Assembly: GCA_003427395.1 (NCBI GenBank)
Contig: BFEA01000037.1
Span: 1,653,821-1,717,820 of the forward strand
DNA length: 64,000 bases
From: Chara braunii
Taxonomy: Eukaryota; Plantae; Charophyceae
Direction of reading: 5' to 3'
The notes beneath the pieces are model-generated. The model ran no database searches and had not been told where the DNA came from. It saw only the letters and a list, made by a program, of their open reading frames with translations. Both the position numbers and the translations under genes were made by a program. Each line of letters begins with the position of its first letter. Within the stretch, counting starts at the first letter, position 1. This document shows positions 23,699 to 36,600 of this stretch, in pieces.

Positions 23699-26600
23699 GG
23701 GGCGGCTCAAGCAGGGTTCCCAAAGGCGGTACAAGACGGTAGACCAGAAGTGTCGCCCAGTCCCCGTCCTCGTTACTGAGGACGAGGAGGTGTACTATGA
23801 ACGAGAGCGGGGGTTGATACGGCGGATGAAGGAGAAAGCCACAGCAGGGCCATGCTGTATCAACGAAGAGAACGATGAGAAACTGATTATAGGGAAGCCC
23901 GACTTCCTATTGCCTCAGGAACGAGCCTTGATGGTAGAGCTAATGAAGAAGAGGCATCGCGCCTATGCGTTTAGCGACGAGGAGCGTGACAGAGTGGATG
24001 TGGACAAGATACCTATGATCCACATCCATACCGTGCCGCACGAGCCTTGGAACCTAAGGGGGGCGCGATATCCTAATCCTGACGAGGAGAAGTTGGTGGT
24101 GGATTACCTCGATGGCAAGATAAGCACGCATGTCGCCGACTATTCTAGTGGACCATATGCGTCCCCGTGGTTTTGTTTTATCAAGCCTAACGGGACATTG
24201 CGGTGGATGCAAGACCTACAAAGGCTAAATGTGGTGACTGTGCGGGATGCTGGAGGATTGCCCAATGCGGACGCGCTATCAGAGTCCTGTGCTGGAAGGC
24301 CTATAATTTCACTTCTAGACCTTTACTCAGGATATGACCAGTTTCCGGTCTATCCGCCAGATAGGTCGGTGACGGCTATGCAAACGCCTCGAGGACTGAT
24401 CCACATGAATGTGGCTCTGCAAGGGTGGACTAACACGGTGGCGATGGTCCAACGGGCCATGATTCGGGTTATGCAGTCAGTCAGCCCGCATATCACTCAG
24501 CCATATATTGATGACTTGGCAGTGAAAGGGCCGGCAGTGAAGGAGAGTGACGAGGTTTTGCCCGGGGTAAGACGTTTTGTCTGGAAGCATATCCAGGACC
24601 TCGAGAAAGTCCTGAGCCTGTTCGAGGAGCATAACCTCACGGCAAGTGGGGCCAAATCCAGACACTGCATGAGGGAAGCGACTATCTTGGGTTTCGTCTG
24701 TAGTGAGAAGGGCCGACAGCCGGATATAAAGAAGACGGACAAGATTACTGAGTGACCAGTTCCATTCCACTCAATAACTGATGTCCGGAGCTTCCTTGGG
24801 ACGTGCGGATTTTGAAGGGCCTTCGTCAAGAACTTTGCGGCTAAGACTGAGCACCTGAGAAAGCTAGTTCGTCAGGATCAGGAGTGGGTTTGGGGCGAAG
24901 AGCTGGAAGAGGTGGTGGCCAGAATGAAGAAGGAGTTCCGAGAAGGGGGTCTGGTGTTGGGGGCGCCAGACTATGACGCCACAGAGACGAGACCCTTCAT
25001 TGTTGAAACGGATGCGAGACCAACTGCCTTAGGTGGAGTTTTAATCCAGGCAGACACGGAGGGAAAGGAAAGGTCTTTGAGATTTGAGAGTCGGACTCTC
25101 TGTACGACCGAGAGGAACTATTCTCAGTTCAAGAGGGAAACCCTTGTCGTCCTCCACTGTCTGCGAATCTTCTAAAACTACATCTTCGGCAGGAGATTTA
25201 TATTGAGAGTGGACCCAACTGCCCTGGCCTACTCTCTAAGGAATTATGTACCATCGGATCCAACAGTTGCCAGGTGGCTGACGTACATCTGGATGTTTAA
25301 CTTCGAGTTGGAACGGATCCCTGGAAGCAAGAACCGGGCGGACGGGCTGAGTCGTATCAACTGGGATGGTCAAGAAGGAGAGGCAGTGGAGAATACCCCC
25401 CCAGTTGATGGATTTTTGGATCAGGAGGAAGATGTCCGTCCCCACATTAACAAGTGGTCGCCGCGAGTGCCCAGTTGTGTGGGCCATCCTATCTGGAAAG
25501 CACCGAGTGGATATGAATGGAAGGCGGAGCTAGTTCTTAAGCCTTTTGAGGAAGAGGATCCCTGGGGTAGTAAAGATGTTCAATGGATGATGAAGTTGGC
25601 ATTGGCTGGATCGCGTAGCCTAGTGGAAGATGTGAGGGCAATAGAGGAAGGTCCAGGCCAGGTAGAAAGGCATGAGGAACTGATGGGGGGAATGTATCTC
25701 CTCGTCAACACACTATTGTAGGAAAGCCTCGATCAAGCAGGCTCGTTGAATCCGACGGGGAATGAGGACGAGGTGCCCGAGAGCCAGGACGACGAGTTTG
25801 AAGAGGGTGAGATCAAAGAGACCTTTCATGCAGAGGAGTATGAAGGAATCTACCTGGAGCTGGGACTCCTTCTGTCATGCGAAATGCGGCTTAGATATGC
25901 GAGCGATAGGACTCAAAGGATGATGCAACGCTACTTGGTGCGAGATGGCCATCTTTTCGTGAGAAGAGAGTCCCAAGAGAGTCGTTTGCGGTAGGAATCG
26001 TCAGGTTGACGTCATGGCAGCACTTCATGATGGCATTGCAGGAGGGCTTTGAGGGGTACAAGCCACATACATCAAAATAAGTGAGTTGTACTACTGGGAT
26101 AAAATAATGGATATGGTTGGGAAGTTCTGCCGATCTTGCGTGCCCTGCCAGGAGAGATCCCGCTTGAGGCAAGGAGAGTCGTTACATCCAAGGGTAGAGC
26201 GAGAAGTGAGGGCTGTAGTGCATCTCGATCTACTTTTCATGCCGCTTGGGGACCAGGGCTATAACTATATTTTCGATGCGCGCGATAACCTGTCTGGCTT
26301 CGTAGATGGACGTGCCATTCGTACAAAGAACGGACCTGTCTTGGTTAGTTGTATCGAGGAGTACTACCTACGTTACCCTTTCGTCAGGGAATTCGTAATG
26401 GACAGGGGATCGGAGTTATCAAGGTATGGTGTAGTAGCCAACTACACCACGGCCGCGCACCCCCAGACAAATGCTCCAGTGGAAAGAGGACATAGTACCA
26501 TTACGAACCTCCTGGCTAAGTGGACCGAAGGTAGGCCTAATTAATGGCCAAGGTACCTAAGGGCGACATTCTTTGTCGAGAACATTACAGTGAAAAGATC

Positions 26601-27069
26601 CACCAAGTACGCACCGGCGACGTTGTGGTATAGAAGGCATGCCACCTTCCCAATCGAGAGTTTTCTTAAGACCTGGAGGCGCCAGGATCTGGAAGTCAAC
26701 TTGTCTTTTGAAGAGTTACTCGATATTCGGGCGCGTCAGGTGGGGGCGATAGAGGAAAGGATCCAGGAGGCATCCAATCAAGTGGAGAGGAGCCGTATGG
26801 ATGATAAGGCTCGCTGGGACCAGTCTTCGTGAGTGAGGAAAGTACCTTTGTGAGTCGGGGACGTCGTACTCCTATATGATTTATCATTGGAAAAGCAATG
26901 GTCCAGGAAGCTCAACAAGAGGTAGTTAGGTCCCTACCGGATCGTGCGGTGTGGAGATTTTGAAGCCTACCAGATTGAAGAGTTGAATGGGACTGAATGG
27001 AAGGAGTGGGTATCTGGAACGCGGCTGAAGAAATTTGTGGCGAGAGAAGAGGTGAGAGAGATGATCTGA
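23691..27069 (+). pseudogene. pol: pol of element A: RT, RNase H, integrase
   Basis: SPWFCFIKPNG, LLDLYSGYDQ, QPYIDD; PFIVETDA...ERNYSQFKRE; C.SC.PCQ, VHLDL, MDRGSE, HPQTNAPVERGH; multiple premature stops. Confidence 0.93.
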
Positions 27070-27234
27070 CTTCCCTTAGAGTAGAAGCGATAGGATGTGT
27101 AGGTCAGATAGGTTGCATGCTGCATGAGTATGGTCTGGTCTTAGCTTGCTTTGATTATCACCTGTTTGCTTACCCCAATGTGTGCCTGTTGTCTCCTTCG
27201 CCTGTTGTGCAGGTCTGACTTTACGAAGACAGCC

Positions 27235-29235
27235 ATAGCAAGAGGAGGGAAGGGGACACGGCCGCCACGAAGGCCGTTGGGGGCATCAAGAGGATATGAG
27301 CGGCATGGGCCTCGCCATCGAGAGAGTACTCCGGTATACGATGATGGGGACATTGAGTTATTCCTGGACAGTTTCTGGGACCATGCCAGGCGTATGGGCT
27401 AGACCGTGGCCCAGGCGATTGAGAGGTTGAGTGGAGCCGGCAGGTTCGAGGAGCCCATTGCCCGGATCCGTAGGGAGGCGACGACGAGGCAAGAGGTGGA
27501 GATGAGGATGCAGGAGCTACGACCCTCGCCTGTGGGACCTGATGGCAGGCCGATTCGCCTAGAGATCGGAAATGCGGCAGACTTTATCCCCGCCTTCGAG
27601 TGGTTCATGCAGCGGCAGGGTACACCGAGAGATGACTGGGCGAGGACGCTACCCCTCTGGACCAGAAAGGCGGAGAGACCACTGGCTAGGCAGATCAAAG
27701 ATATGGCCCGGGATTGGGAGAGTTGTAGAGTACACTTGAGGGAGGCCTTCCGACGACCAGAGTCGCCTCAACCCCGAGTTGAGAGGCGCCAGACGAGCAG
27801 GAGGCAGAGGGACCCTGAGCCCAGTGAGGCAAGGCCATCGCGAGGGGGACGGAAGGCCCTGGCCAGGAGAGAAGAGGAGCCGGAGCCTGAGGATGAGGAG
27901 CGAGGGGCGTATCCTGAGTATGGATTGGGACCGGTGGAGTTTCATCATTTTACCGAGGGTGGATTGAGGAGGTCGCCAGTGCGCACACAAGAGGAGGCGC
28001 CGGCATCTGAGGGGCCGTTGAGGGAGTTGGAGGCGCATCTGGACGTCTCTCGATGGGGAGCGTCGCCTCGAGGCGAGGAGCGTGAGGAAGTGCCGCGTGA
28101 GGAGGTGCCACGAGAGGAGGTGCCGCGTGAGGAGGTGCCGCGTGAGGAGGTGCCACGAGAGGAGATGCCACGAGAGGAGGCCCGAGATACTCAGCGAGAG
28201 AGAGGGCTGGGCGATGAGGGAAGACGTGCAGGGAAGGAAGTGATAGAGGTTGAAAAAGACACACCCCCTCAGATGCCAGTAGTGGGTTTGAGGCCTGCGG
28301 ATACACCAGGGAGCACTTGCCAGGCAGCAGAGGGATTACAGAGAGAGGAGGCCCCATTACCTTCATCAGAAAAGGCTCCTTCGCCAGAAAAGAGAGCAGA
28401 AAGGAGGAGAGAGGCCGCAAGCATGAGGAGAGAAGCCTTGGCCCTGATTGACAGGCACCAAGCAGCTCATGCCCTGGAGCACCCAGACCTGGAGGAGCCA
28501 GCACCTGCAGAGCCGCGCCAGGAGCCGTGCCAGCCTGAGAAGGAGGTGGAGGCAGAGATCCCGAAGAGGGTCGACCTCCGCACGAGGGAGAGGCCGCCAG
28601 CTGGAGAAACAGCTAAAGAAAAGAGGGCGAGAAGAAGCAGGAGGATAGAAGAGATATGGCAAGAGAGGCAGAGGTTGGAGGCAGCGGCGGCACTTCCGGA
28701 GCAGCAGCAGGAAAGGCAGAGTTTGGAGGCAGCAGGGGCACTCCCAGGTGAGCCACCCAGTGCACCAGCTAAGGCCCCGGAAATCCCAGAGATGTGGAGA
28801 GACTTCTGGGAGCAGAGAGGAGAGGAGCTTCCTTCGCCAACAAGAGCCGGGTTTGGGGTAGCAAGGAAGGCAGAGGAGAGGCTGGATCACAAGATCAAGT
28901 TCCTGGCCAAGACAACTTTTGAAGGGTACTTGTTGTTGGAGAGCGATCTGGCAGGGAAGAAGACGAAGGCAGAGGGCCATGGATTGCGCTTGGAGACAAT
29001 GGAGGTAGAAATCCAGGAGCTCAGGGCATTGGTGGCTAGTCAGGCTGCCATTATTGAGGACTTGAGGCAGCAGCGTCAAGGGGGAGCGGACAAGGCCGAG
29101 AGCAGCCGACAAGGAGAGCAGAGGCACCCAAGACAGGGATTGCCAGGACAGCCATCTGCAGCGGAGCCCCGCCAGGAGCCACCTATGGGGAGAGTTATCC
29201 TGGAACCAGAGGAGGCGAGAGCCCAGAGGGAGGCA
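27235..29235 (+). pseudogene. Extra ORF after integrase: gag-capsid-like N-terminus, EVPRE repeats, charged/coiled-coil region
   Basis: About 660 codons in one frame with one TAG (27400). Probable start GCCATAG (ATG>ATA) at 27235, just after a polypyrimidine-TGCAG acceptor at 27212. Confidence 0.75.
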
Positions 29236-31912
29236 GCGTCCTTCCTTTTCACTTCCAGTTGATGCCGCTAGTGAATACAGCCTCCCCTGGTTCTCATAAA
29301 AATTAAAGGACCACTCTCCCCTTGCTGGTACTACCAGTTTCCGCTCACGAGTTCCACTGGTCCCTCTGTCAATTACTGATGTCGTTGTCGACGGCCAGCA
29401 CCTCGCTTCCACCTAGTTCATTCTGACGACCTTGAATTTTGGTAACATAACGCCACCAAAATTATCACCGTAGGTGTCAAAATTTTTCGGCAACACTTTC
29501 TCACAGTAGCGGGAAAATAACTTGATGTAAGTTGGTTCCGTCGGGTGCCGCCACGAATAGCCTTGCCGCCTGCTGCTCACTGCCGTAAAAATTTGGCTGC
29601 ACCACCCCACGCGAGTGGGAAATTAGCTTGTCGTAAACCTGGTCCGCCGGTACCGCCGTCAACAGCCTTGCCGCAGCTTACCCGCCGTGGTAAAATTTTG
29701 GCAGCGTTTCCCCACTAAAGCGGGAAAAATGGTTGGGCAAATTTACTAAAATCTGGGTCCCAGGCCCAAATCTCATTGTGTCGAACTGCCGTAGTCCATG
29801 TGGGACCAGCACCAGCTAGAGGGGAAGGGAGCAGAGTGCTCCCTGCCTTGGCTATGGTTGCCCAACTCCTCTCCTCGCGCTCCTCTGCAGAACTCCAGCC
29901 TCCTCCCACGTTGCCTCAGGCAGCACCTCCAACAGCCAGCAATACTCAAGTGTGTTCGTCACACACACACTGGCACCACGAGTGTTTTGTGTGGTAGCTG
30001 GGGGACAACTACCTGTTTTATAGTGGCTGAGGAGGGCTGGACGTCACACCAGCCCCCAGGCGAAATCGCGGCCTCACAGTGAGCCCTTGATCTTATTAAG
30101 ATCCAGGGCTAACTGTGACCGCACCTCAGCCATAGCCTTAGTGAGGGCAGTTCCTTTAACTGCCCTCTTTTTCTTTTTCTTTTCTTTTTCCCAGCTATCT
30201 CGGAATTTCACGAGATAGCCGGGCCTCTGCCATTTCTAAAAATGTGTTTCTTTTATTTTTTTGATAAGGGGTTGGAGAGAGACGACCCCTTACAGTTTGA
30301 TGTATCTGGACCCTTTTTCGAGGGCAAATACATCGGGAAAAAGGTTGTCCTTAGCCTTTTCATGTATGACCCCTCCATTTCCAGGCTCCCTCTAAAATCG
30401 GGAGCCTGACAGTTACCTCTGGCAGCTTCTGCCAAAAGTAGCACCTCGTGAGGACAAGTGTCCTCACGAGAAAGAAGAAAACAACTAAAAGAAAAAAAAA
30501 AAAAAAACTAATCCTAACTATACCGCATCTGGCTCTTACCTCAACCAGGTGCATGCTGTTGCATGCAACAGTCTCCTCCTTACGTTTCTCTGTCCTCCCC
30601 TAAAAACAAGGAGGGCAGTTGGCAGATTGAGAGAGGTAAGGCCTCCTCCTCCCAACCCCCACGTCCTTCTCTCTCTTTCCCTCCAACCAACCCCCACAAT
30701 TTCATTCCCACACGCGCGTCGTGGGCTGCGAGATGCAGGATCTCGCGGCCACGAATATTCCTGGCTTTCTGAGTGGGGAGTTGGTCCTGCTCCCATACAG
30801 CTGAAAAATGTTGTTTCCTCTTCCTTTTGCTCTTACGAGGTTGTTGCCTCGTTCATTTTTTTTTTTTTTTTGCCCTGCTGGCACAGCCAACGAGCAACTT
30901 TGGGGCTACTAAAGGGCAGGCCTGAGTTTGATCCCTGTTGGGGATCGGAAAAAGAAAAAAAAAAATTGGACTTCTTCTCGATTTATGCGTGTCATCCTTG
31001 CGCAAGGGCTATACTAATCTGTGTGCGTGCGGCCAATCTCGGCCATGTGATTTGTAAGATCGTGCGGTCGTGGCCGACCGCGCCTGCAAAAATGCAGCAG
31101 GCCGATCGTTAGGCTCGATCCATGAGTTTGCAAGGTGACAGTTTGATGGCGGTACCTACCGGGCTAGCTCCTTTCACAGGAGCTAAGCTGCAACACTTCT
31201 ATATGAAGTGGTGCAACACCAAGTTGGCCCTGCCTGGCATCCCATAGGCCCAACCCTCCTTACTTGGTTTCTTGGCTGGCCGCCAACATCAACCCCGACG
31301 GTCTCCAGCTTCAAGTAGGGAAGACCGCTAGCCCTATCGGTTGCACCACAGTCCCTGACGAGAGATCTACTCTGCAGCTAATACCTCCTTCGTGCCGTGT
31401 TTCAATCTTCAGCGAGGTCAGTCTTTTCAAGACCTCGTGCTCTTGCGGCCTTGTAAAAAACCATGACCAACAGGTTGTACTCCCGACTCCCGCTGTTTCA
31501 ATCGGACGTGAATAACGTCAGGTTCTAAAAAGTTTAAGTTTCTCAGTCATAGGATTGGTGTGAATAAACTTTGGCAGATACTTCAACCTCATTAAGCCAG
31601 TTCATTTAAACTAAAATTCACCATCGGTCGGACAATTGTCCGACATTAAAAATCCCGAGCAGATACCCTTGTCAGGGTTTTCTACCCCGACCGGGTGTCT
31701 GGTTACACCGTTTACCCTTGTCGTTATGTCTGTCAGCAGGTAGACGGCTGCATAAAATTTTAAACTTTATTCAAATCGCTGACGAGTCGGAATATTTCAG
31801 CAATATTTCTATTTCATCAGACCAAACCTTACAAAACTTACATCAGAATTCGGACCACGTCCGACATTGAAAATATAGGGCAGATACCCTTGTCAGGTTT
31901 TCTGTCCTGACA
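29236..31912 (-). repeat. Truncated 3' LTR of element C
   Basis: Starts TGTCAGGACAGAAAACCTGACAAGGGTATCTGCCC, like A and B. Carries 3 copies of the GCTGCC.AAATTTT core of LTR A's 123-bp repeat (29470-29730) and short anchors shared with B. Confidence 0.7.
30961..31020 (-). ncRNA. U6: U6 snRNA 3'-half fragment (pseudogene) followed by a T tract
   Basis: Minus strand AGATTAGTATAGCCCTTGCGCAAGGATGACACGCATAAATCGAGAAGAAGTCCAATTTTT closely matches the plant U6 3' half. The 5' stem-loop and ACAGAGA box are absent. Confidence 0.92.
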
Positions 31913-32216
31913 GCATTCCCAGGGCGCATTGAATGACTTCCACGTCATTCATTTTTATCCAAAATCATCATATAAGAGGTATTTACCAGAAAAAGCTCTG
32001 ACAGACAACCTTTCCTTTTTCATCAAAATATTTGCTCAGATTGTTGGCATGATGCCTTCAATTTATGTGGACTTCTTTCTGGATGGTTCCAGCATCATCC
32101 CACTGGCGACCACTCAAAATTTTGTCTCTCAGAATAGTACTGGAAGCCCTCCAGCTAGATCCAACATAATCCAATCAATTGATAGTGCTATTCTTATTCA
32201 CTTAGGGAATTCCCTT

Positions 32217-32352
32217 AACTGTCGGGAATCTAACCCGGGTCTCTTGAGTTTACGGGGATGCTCTTCACAACACCTCGACGTATACAACGTCGCCAGGAAT
32301 TTAACCTGGGTCTCCCATACACGCAAGGATACTCACATTATACCACAATCAA
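32217..32352 (-). pseudogene. Two tandem degenerate tRNA-Asp-like units
   Basis: TTGTGGTATAATGTGAGTATCCTTGC...GGGAGACCCAGGTTAAATTCCTGGCGACG and ...AGAGACCCGGGTTAGATTCCCGACAG align by eye with plant tRNA-Asp D- and T-arms; the anticodon arms are degraded. Confidence 0.6.
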
Positions 32353-32717
32353 GGAAAACATCGAAACAAAGGTCTCAAGAGTTTCCACTTCATTCACAGA
32401 AAAACTTACGTTTAACCTATTGGTCCAAATGAGTCAGGATTAACCCCCGACAAGTCTTTCAAAATGTATCAATCTCCTAGATTTTAATCATTCATGAGAG
32501 AAACCATCAATCCACACCTTTCTTTCATTCATCCAGCAGAGTGAGCTCATCCTTTTGATACTCGATAGCATACCATGTAGGATCATTCTGACCCTACGGT
32601 GATTAGCGTCGAGGAGTGATTTTCAAGAAATCAATGAATTGTTATTATTCTAATTTGTTTTATCTTGTATATAAAACTTCTTTGTTGTTAATTAACCAAA
32701 TTTTGCAGAAGTAGAAG

Positions 32718-32879
32718 TTTTATGGACCTACACGGCCAGAGGCATCTCAAGCACAAGCATTTAGTTTCTTGGTCAGAGATTAGAAACTTGGTGCTAATGT
32801 AGAATCTGCCAAAGAACCTACTGGTTTAGGTAAATATCTTATGAGATCTCCAACCGGGGAGATTATTTTTGAAGGTGAA
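32718..32879 (+). pseudogene. psbC: Plastid psbC (CP43) fragment in nuclear DNA
   Basis: Translates [53 protein letters not shown], the conserved CP43 segment, with one stop. Confidence 0.93.
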
Positions 32880-33634
32880 ATTTGAACAATATCCTGACAT
32901 CAAGCCCCGCTTAAGATTCGGGCATCACCAACTTCCCTCTGATTCCAGTCTCACGATCTTATCATTCTGCTGCCGATAGGATAGAACAACCTTTTCCCAC
33001 ACAACCAGAGGTTGGTCATACCTTAGTTGTGAGGACAAGGTGACCCTATCTACTTCAAAGTAAGGAGACCAACCCTACCTTCATAGTAAATCGTAGTCGC
33101 CTACTCTGCTGACAGCGTCCTGATAAAATTGCAAAACCTTCCTCTCTTTCAATGGTAATGTAACCAACCCCTTCCACAAGGAAGGTGACAACATCCCGTT
33201 ATGGACCAGGAACAAAGTTCCGGCACGGGCCTCATTACACCTACACGACTCACATCTTTTAGAAATTTTGCCACAACAGGATATGAGATAGAGTATCTCC
33301 AGACCATACATTTTCATCTATTTACATGCACAGTTATTCTCATAGACTCAGTCATTCACAAAAGAGTATTCACAATTATACACAAAAAAAATAAAAAACA
33401 CTTTTAAAAGCTCAAAGTTGTCACCACTGTTATCACAATAGTTTATTACTTGGATTATAAAGAAATTCACAATTAGATGCTAACAATTGTAAAAAATATA
33501 TATATATCTTAAGAAAATAAAAAGAAACAACATCCTAAGCTATGTTTCAGTGTTGTTGTTTTTTAAATGAAAAACCAGAACTGTCATAATTTACAGAGAT
33601 ACTAAAAACAAAACAACTACTGTACTCAATCCCT

Positions 33635-36600
33635 CTAGATGGACTTCCGTAAACGAGAACCAGAAACCCAATTCCTGTCACGTGCCCCATCCATCTCCTC
33701 AATCTCATATGCTCCATGACCAGTCTTTTTGACAATACGATATGGTCCCAACCATCGGCTATCAAACTTTCTTGACCACTGCTTTTCCAAAGACGAATCG
33801 TAGAGGAGAACAACATCACCAATTTTAAAGGGCTCTTTTCGGACTCGAGGCCGCTTATCCCATCTGTCCTTGTCTGCCTGTCTGCTTTCAGTCGTTGAGG
33901 CAACAACCTCTTCAATCTTCTCCTCTATGATCATTATCTGTCTTGCCCTGTGGTCAGGTAACTCTTCTGTGGAAAGGTTAGTCTTCATATCCTGCTTTTG
34001 CCACGTAGTCAGAAAGCTTTCGATTGGGAACGTTACCTGTCGACCGAACCATGGAGTCACAGGAGCATACCCAGTCGTTCGCTTGATGGTAATGTTTTTC
34101 ACGAACATTGTTGTCCTCAAATAAATAGGTCATCGTGATGGATTACCTGCACACCACTTTGCCAATAACTTCGTCAAAGTAGCGTGTCCTCGGTCAACTG
34201 GAACGTTAACTTGCGCATGAGCTCTGGTGGTATAACTGTAATTTACACCAAGCTTTTTCAAAACAACTTATACGTTATCAGCACGAAACTCTCCTCCTTG
34301 GTCCATCACGAATTCATGGATAAATGGATATCGAAGATGAAATTCCGCAATACATCCAACCGAACTTTCCCAGTTCGTTCACGGATTGCACATCCATCGA
34401 CAAAGCCGGTTAAATTATCCAAGACATTAAAGATATATCTGTATTCATTGATCCCACGCGGCATTACCAACAAGTCAAGATGAACTACTGCACCTGACTC
34501 AACCACATAACGAGGACTAAGTGGCTCAACATATCGAAGATTCGATCGCTTCTGACAAAAGACGCAGAAGTTTCAAAAATCAACAATCATTTTCGTCATC
34601 CCTTCCCAGAAGTAAAGATGTTGAATCTTCTGTAAGGTGGCACGTGCTGATCTATGACCGCCTGCAACTCTATCATGTAGTGCGGCAATCACGTCAAGAT
34701 GTCTCGTTAATCCACACACTACTCTTCTCGGAATGTCATTGTCTGACTTTTTAAAAAGATGACCATACCTGACAACAAAATCCTTACTTTTCAAGCGGAT
34801 TTCTGGATCCATTTCCTCTTCACCAATTCCCCCATTCAACCACAATCCAATCTTCTGGTCGATTCCGTCATACTTATTTTTACGAAAAACTTCCTTGATC
34901 TCACTACTTTCCTCTTTTCCTCTCATCATCTTCAGACGATCCTCCTGAATCAAGGAATTCACGAGAAATAACAAACCCTCACAGGTTCTAGAGGCTCTAT
35001 CAACTTGCTCGTGACCTCCTTCGATTGTCAGAGATTCTTCTGTGATGCTGACTGAGTTGGATAATGCCAAACTCATCATCTGTTCTGCAGTCCTCTCCCC
35101 CCATGGATCCTCTTCAACAAAAGTTTCACCCATCACAAATTCATAACGTACTTGGTAAGAATTAGGTGCATTCCAAACGGATTTACCGGATCGAGAGGAA
35201 ACATTTTTCAAGTAATTAATAAAATTAATACTTAGTTGATGTTCCCCTTTATCCAAAAAATTGTCCATGGGGATTGAGTCCTCCGCCTGGTCCTTGGATG
35301 AATCTCATTCAATTCGACTCAGTCCATTAGCCCGGTTTTGAGTACCGGAGATACGCTCGATCTCAAAATCAAACATTCATATATATGTTAACCATCGAGC
35401 GACGGTTGGATCCGAAGGAGAATAATTTCCTTAATGATTGAGCGAGAGCCGTCAGATCCACCCGCATAACAAAACGTCTCCCAAATACATAATTTCTGAA
35501 CGTACGAAAACAATGAAGAACAGTCAGTATTTTTTTCTTGAATTGAGAGTAATTTCACTCGCTAGCATTCAAGGTTCGACTTTCAAATCTCAACGGTCGC
35601 TCTCGCCCTTCCTCATCTTTTTAGATCAGGACACCGCCCAAAGTTGTAAGTCACGCGTCCGTCTCTACGATGAAGGGTCGATTCGGATCGTTATCGAAGC
35701 AACGAACGCCGAGACTCATTCCGCCTTGTCGAAACGCAGCCTTCATGTCATCCATTGTTGTATGTTGTCTGGGTTCCGATTCCCAATCTTGGTTTTTGCG
35801 TATCAGTTTCCTCGAGTGTTCTACCCTTGCTGCAAACCTTCGGATAAAGATACGTTAAAACCCACAAGTCTCAAGGAAGCTCCGTACATCAGTGATGGAT
35901 TTGAAAGGAGTCGGTAATTTCAAAATTTTGCTCGTCTTCTTTGTATCTGGCCGACGACCCTTCTTATCGCATAAAAATCCAAAAATTGTCGCCTCCCGCA
36001 TGCAGTGTCTTGATTTGACACCGCTAGTTGTGAAGTTGTATTCTTTTAGCTTTCACAGGACCTTATCCGCATCGCGGATATTTGTTCCCAGACAAACTTG
36101 CGAATGCTAGGTAACACTTCCATCGCGTCATTTATGCGAGGTCTTGAAATAGCCAAATCGACGGTATATGGTGCAGTCACGTCCGAAAAGAGTGGTTGCA
36201 TGACCCTCGTCATATACCGCTGTGCAATAGCAACAGCGTTTGTCCAGCCTTGAGATGTTGAGCACATGCGGATCAATCTCCTAGGCGTATGCATTGTTGT
36301 CATAGGTCTATCTGTTGTGTACAAGGGAAATAAATCACAACCTGAATACAAGTCAATCAATGTTATGATGGATCTACTTGCACATGACTCTGATAGTTGA
36401 TCTGCATGTGGAAGTCCACCTGCATTTCGAACCGTCACTACATTCAACCTTTGTAGGTCTTGGACCCATCTAAGGACGCTGTTTGGTTTGATAAAACAGA
36501 ACCAAGGAGATGGATACGGACCATAAAAATAATTTGTCACTTTCGTCTGAACTTTTCATCCAGATACTCAATCACCTTGCGATGGTCATTTGGGTTCGGA

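Larger units (their letters stand above)
731..29235 (+). mobile_element. Element A: degenerate giant-LTR Ty3/Gypsy-like retrotransposon (5' LTR, PBS, gag-PR, RT-RNaseH-INT, extra ORF); 3' end lost
   Basis: TG...CA LTR at 731-9741, PBS at 9744, gag/zinc knuckle, protease, RT (YIDD), RNase H and integrase in Gypsy order. Split by solo LTR B. Extra ORF breaks off near 29235 (approximate). Confidence 0.88.

Noticed and set aside
31775-31825. CTGACGA/CTGATGA motifs as further hammerheads (also 19878, 40701, 56280)
   Set aside because: No stem II followed by GAAA and a matching stem III.
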